NCBI GenBank assembly: GCA_028282065.1
Contig: JANQIR010000128.1
Span: 1-27,730 of the forward strand
Reading direction: 5' to 3'
Length of the DNA stretch: 27,730 nucleotides
Origin: Aestuariivirgaceae bacterium
Lineage (GTDB): Bacteria; Pseudomonadota; Alphaproteobacteria; Rhizobiales; Aestuariivirgaceae
The notes beneath the pieces were generated by a model. It was not told the origin of the DNA and searched no databases. It saw only the letters and a program-made list of their open reading frames with translations. The translations under genes and the position numbers were made by a program. Each line of letters starts with the position of its first letter. The stretch's first letter is position 1. This document shows, piece by piece, positions 26,508-27,730 of the stretch.

Positions 26508-27392
26508 TCAGACGTCCTCACGGCATAGTGCCTGGCTCAGGCAGTGAACACCGCCGCCGCCGAGCGTGAACATTGACATATCCGGGTCGTAAACTTCGAA
26601 ACCCATTGCACGCATCTTCGCATTCAGCTCCGTCGCGCCGGCCATGGATAGAACCCTGCCGTTGCCCAGGGCGACAAGGTTGACGCCGAGGTTCTTTGCC
26701 TCGCGATAGGGGACATCGACGAATTCGAAGCCCCAGCCGGTCAGCAATTCGACAACCCATGGTTCGAGCGCGTCTATGCAGGCGACAAGCAGTTTCTCCG
26801 CCAGGGGGACGACAAGCCCATCCATATGGACGAATTCACGGGAAATCGGCACGGTAACCGCTTCCCAGCCCTCCTTGCGGACAAAGTCGGCGACCTGTTC
26901 GGACCCGGCCTGTTCGGAGCGCTCGCCGCAATAACCGATCAAGACCTTTCCCGGTTCCAGAATGACAAAGTCACCGCCTTCGAAGTGGCCGGCGGTGGCG
27001 TATTGCCAGATGGGTATGCCGCAGCCCTGATAGAACTTGATGGCCGAGACGTAGTCCGCCCGCCGAACCTTGAGCTGCATATGGCAGATCAGGGCGCCCC
27101 AGGGTGTCATGGCCGAGGAATCGCGGGCAAAGAAGTTGCGATGCAGAACCTCGTCAGCTTCCAGGTAGTGGCAGGTCACGCCGTTGTCTTCGTAGATCGA
27201 AACCATTTCGGCGTGCTGTGCCATCGCCCTTTGCAGATCGAATTTCACGCCGGTCTTATGGGCGTTGGCCAGGGTCCGGCCAATGAGAGGGCCGGCATCT
27301 ACCCAGCGATAATATTCCGGTTTGCCGAGCAGAACGTCCTTCAACGGCGCATAGTCGTTGTTGATGCCCCACTCTTGAATCGTATCGGCCAT
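26508..27392 (-). CDS. Amidinotransferase-superfamily enzyme (DDAH / arginine-deiminase-like)
   Basis: C-terminal GGGGVHC with a Cys nucleophile in the position conserved in DDAH/ADI/amidinotransferases; 294 aa. GGAGA SD 8 nt upstream. Confidence 0.7.
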   Translation of the reverse strand: MADTIQEWGINNDYAPLKDVLLGKPEYYRWVDAGPLIGRTLANAHKTGVKFDLQRAMAQHAEMVSIYEDNGVTCHYLEADEVLHRNFFARDSSAMTPWGALICHMQLKVRRADYVSAIKFYQGCGIPIWQYATAGHFEGGDFVILEPGKVLIGYCGERSEQAGSEQVADFVRKEGWEAVTVPISREFVHMDGLVVPLAEKLLVACIDALEPWVVELLTGWGFEFVDVPYREAKNLGVNLVALGNGRVLSMAGATELNAKMRAMGFEVYDPDMSMFTLGGGGVHCLSQALCREDV

Positions 27393-27417
27393 ACGGGTGT
27401 CTCCGGGTTGGTTGCGG

Positions 27418-27730
27418 TATCAGCCTTTCGCCGCAACGGCCAGTGCGTCGGGAAGCGCCTGCTCCAGCAGTTCCATATCATGCTTGCGGCCGGCCGATAT
27501 CCTGATGCAGCGATTGAGCGGTTCGACACCCGGCATTCGGACGAAGACATCCAGGTCGATCAGAGCCTTGAGCACGGCCGTCGCATATGCACCATCGCGG
27601 CCGCAATCGACAGCAACGAAATTCGTTGCCGAAGGCAGACTGTTGAGCCCGTTGGCCGATGCGATCTCAGCAATCCGGTCGCGGGAGGCGGTGACCTGAT
27701 TGACGACATGCTTCAGGTAATCCTGATCGG
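27418..27730 (-). CDS. Class I/II PLP-dependent aminotransferase (HisC-like), C-terminal fragment; 5' end lies beyond the window
   Basis: Translation of the reverse strand from the window edge: ...DYLKHVVNQVTASRDRIAEIA...LDVFVRMPGVEPLNRCIRISAGRKHDMELLEQAL...AAKG*. The V.R....CIRISAG C-terminus is typical of HisC/aminotransferase class II. Stop at 27418. Confidence 0.6.

Noticed and set aside
1-27730. CRISPR arrays, IS elements, integrase or transposase genes
   Set aside because: No regularly spaced direct repeats and no ORF with DDE, tyrosine or serine recombinase hallmarks were seen. The only insertion-like structure (6719-7869) carries no recombinase.

Overview
This is a GC-rich (about 60%) bacterial chromosomal segment with alphaproteobacterial/Rhizobiales-like codon usage. 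It contains about 30 protein genes, mostly housekeeping or accessory metabolism. Recognisable products: SGNH/GDSL hydrolase, cytoplasmic PAS-PAS hybrid histidine kinase, alpha/beta hydrolase, ABC-F translation factor EttA, LysE exporter, amidohydrolase, TrmO/YaeB-like methyltransferase, B3/4-domain protein, crotonase, two tandem MlaC/Ttg2D-like periplasmic proteins, ArsR-HTH::SAM-methyltransferase fusion, GST, two EamA/DMT transporters, a lone TadG/TadE-like pilin-assembly protein, an SPFH/band-7 protein, a DDAH/amidinotransferase-family enzyme, and a partial HisC-like aminotransferase at the window end.

The stand-out locus is 6.7-10.4 kb. A 1.1-kb strongly AT-rich insertion carries one membrane-anchored protein of unknown function. 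It is bounded by 33-bp imperfect direct repeats that duplicate the first 11 codons of the downstream gene. It sits at the head of a translationally coupled operon encoding a divergent Lgt-family (prolipoprotein diacylglyceryl transferase-like) membrane enzyme, a Cys-rich radical SAM enzyme, and two tandem paralogous small two-TM proteins. The Lgt homologue has changes at canonical catalytic positions (GNF to GCF, and no His at the H103 position). Each small protein carries a signal-peptide/lipobox-like h-region-F[GA]GGC motif. I propose this as a candidate, apparently undescribed, radical-SAM plus Lgt-paralog membrane peptide/lipid modification system. This is an inference from domain content and gene order, not a database result.

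Other oddities: a 73-nt tRNA-like element with perfect D, anticodon and T arms but a broken acceptor stem and a UAG anticodon in a class-I scaffold, with an extra upstream copy of its T-arm; tandem intrinsic terminators; and clustered palindromes in the ORF-free first 400 bp. No CRISPR array, transposase or integrase was seen.
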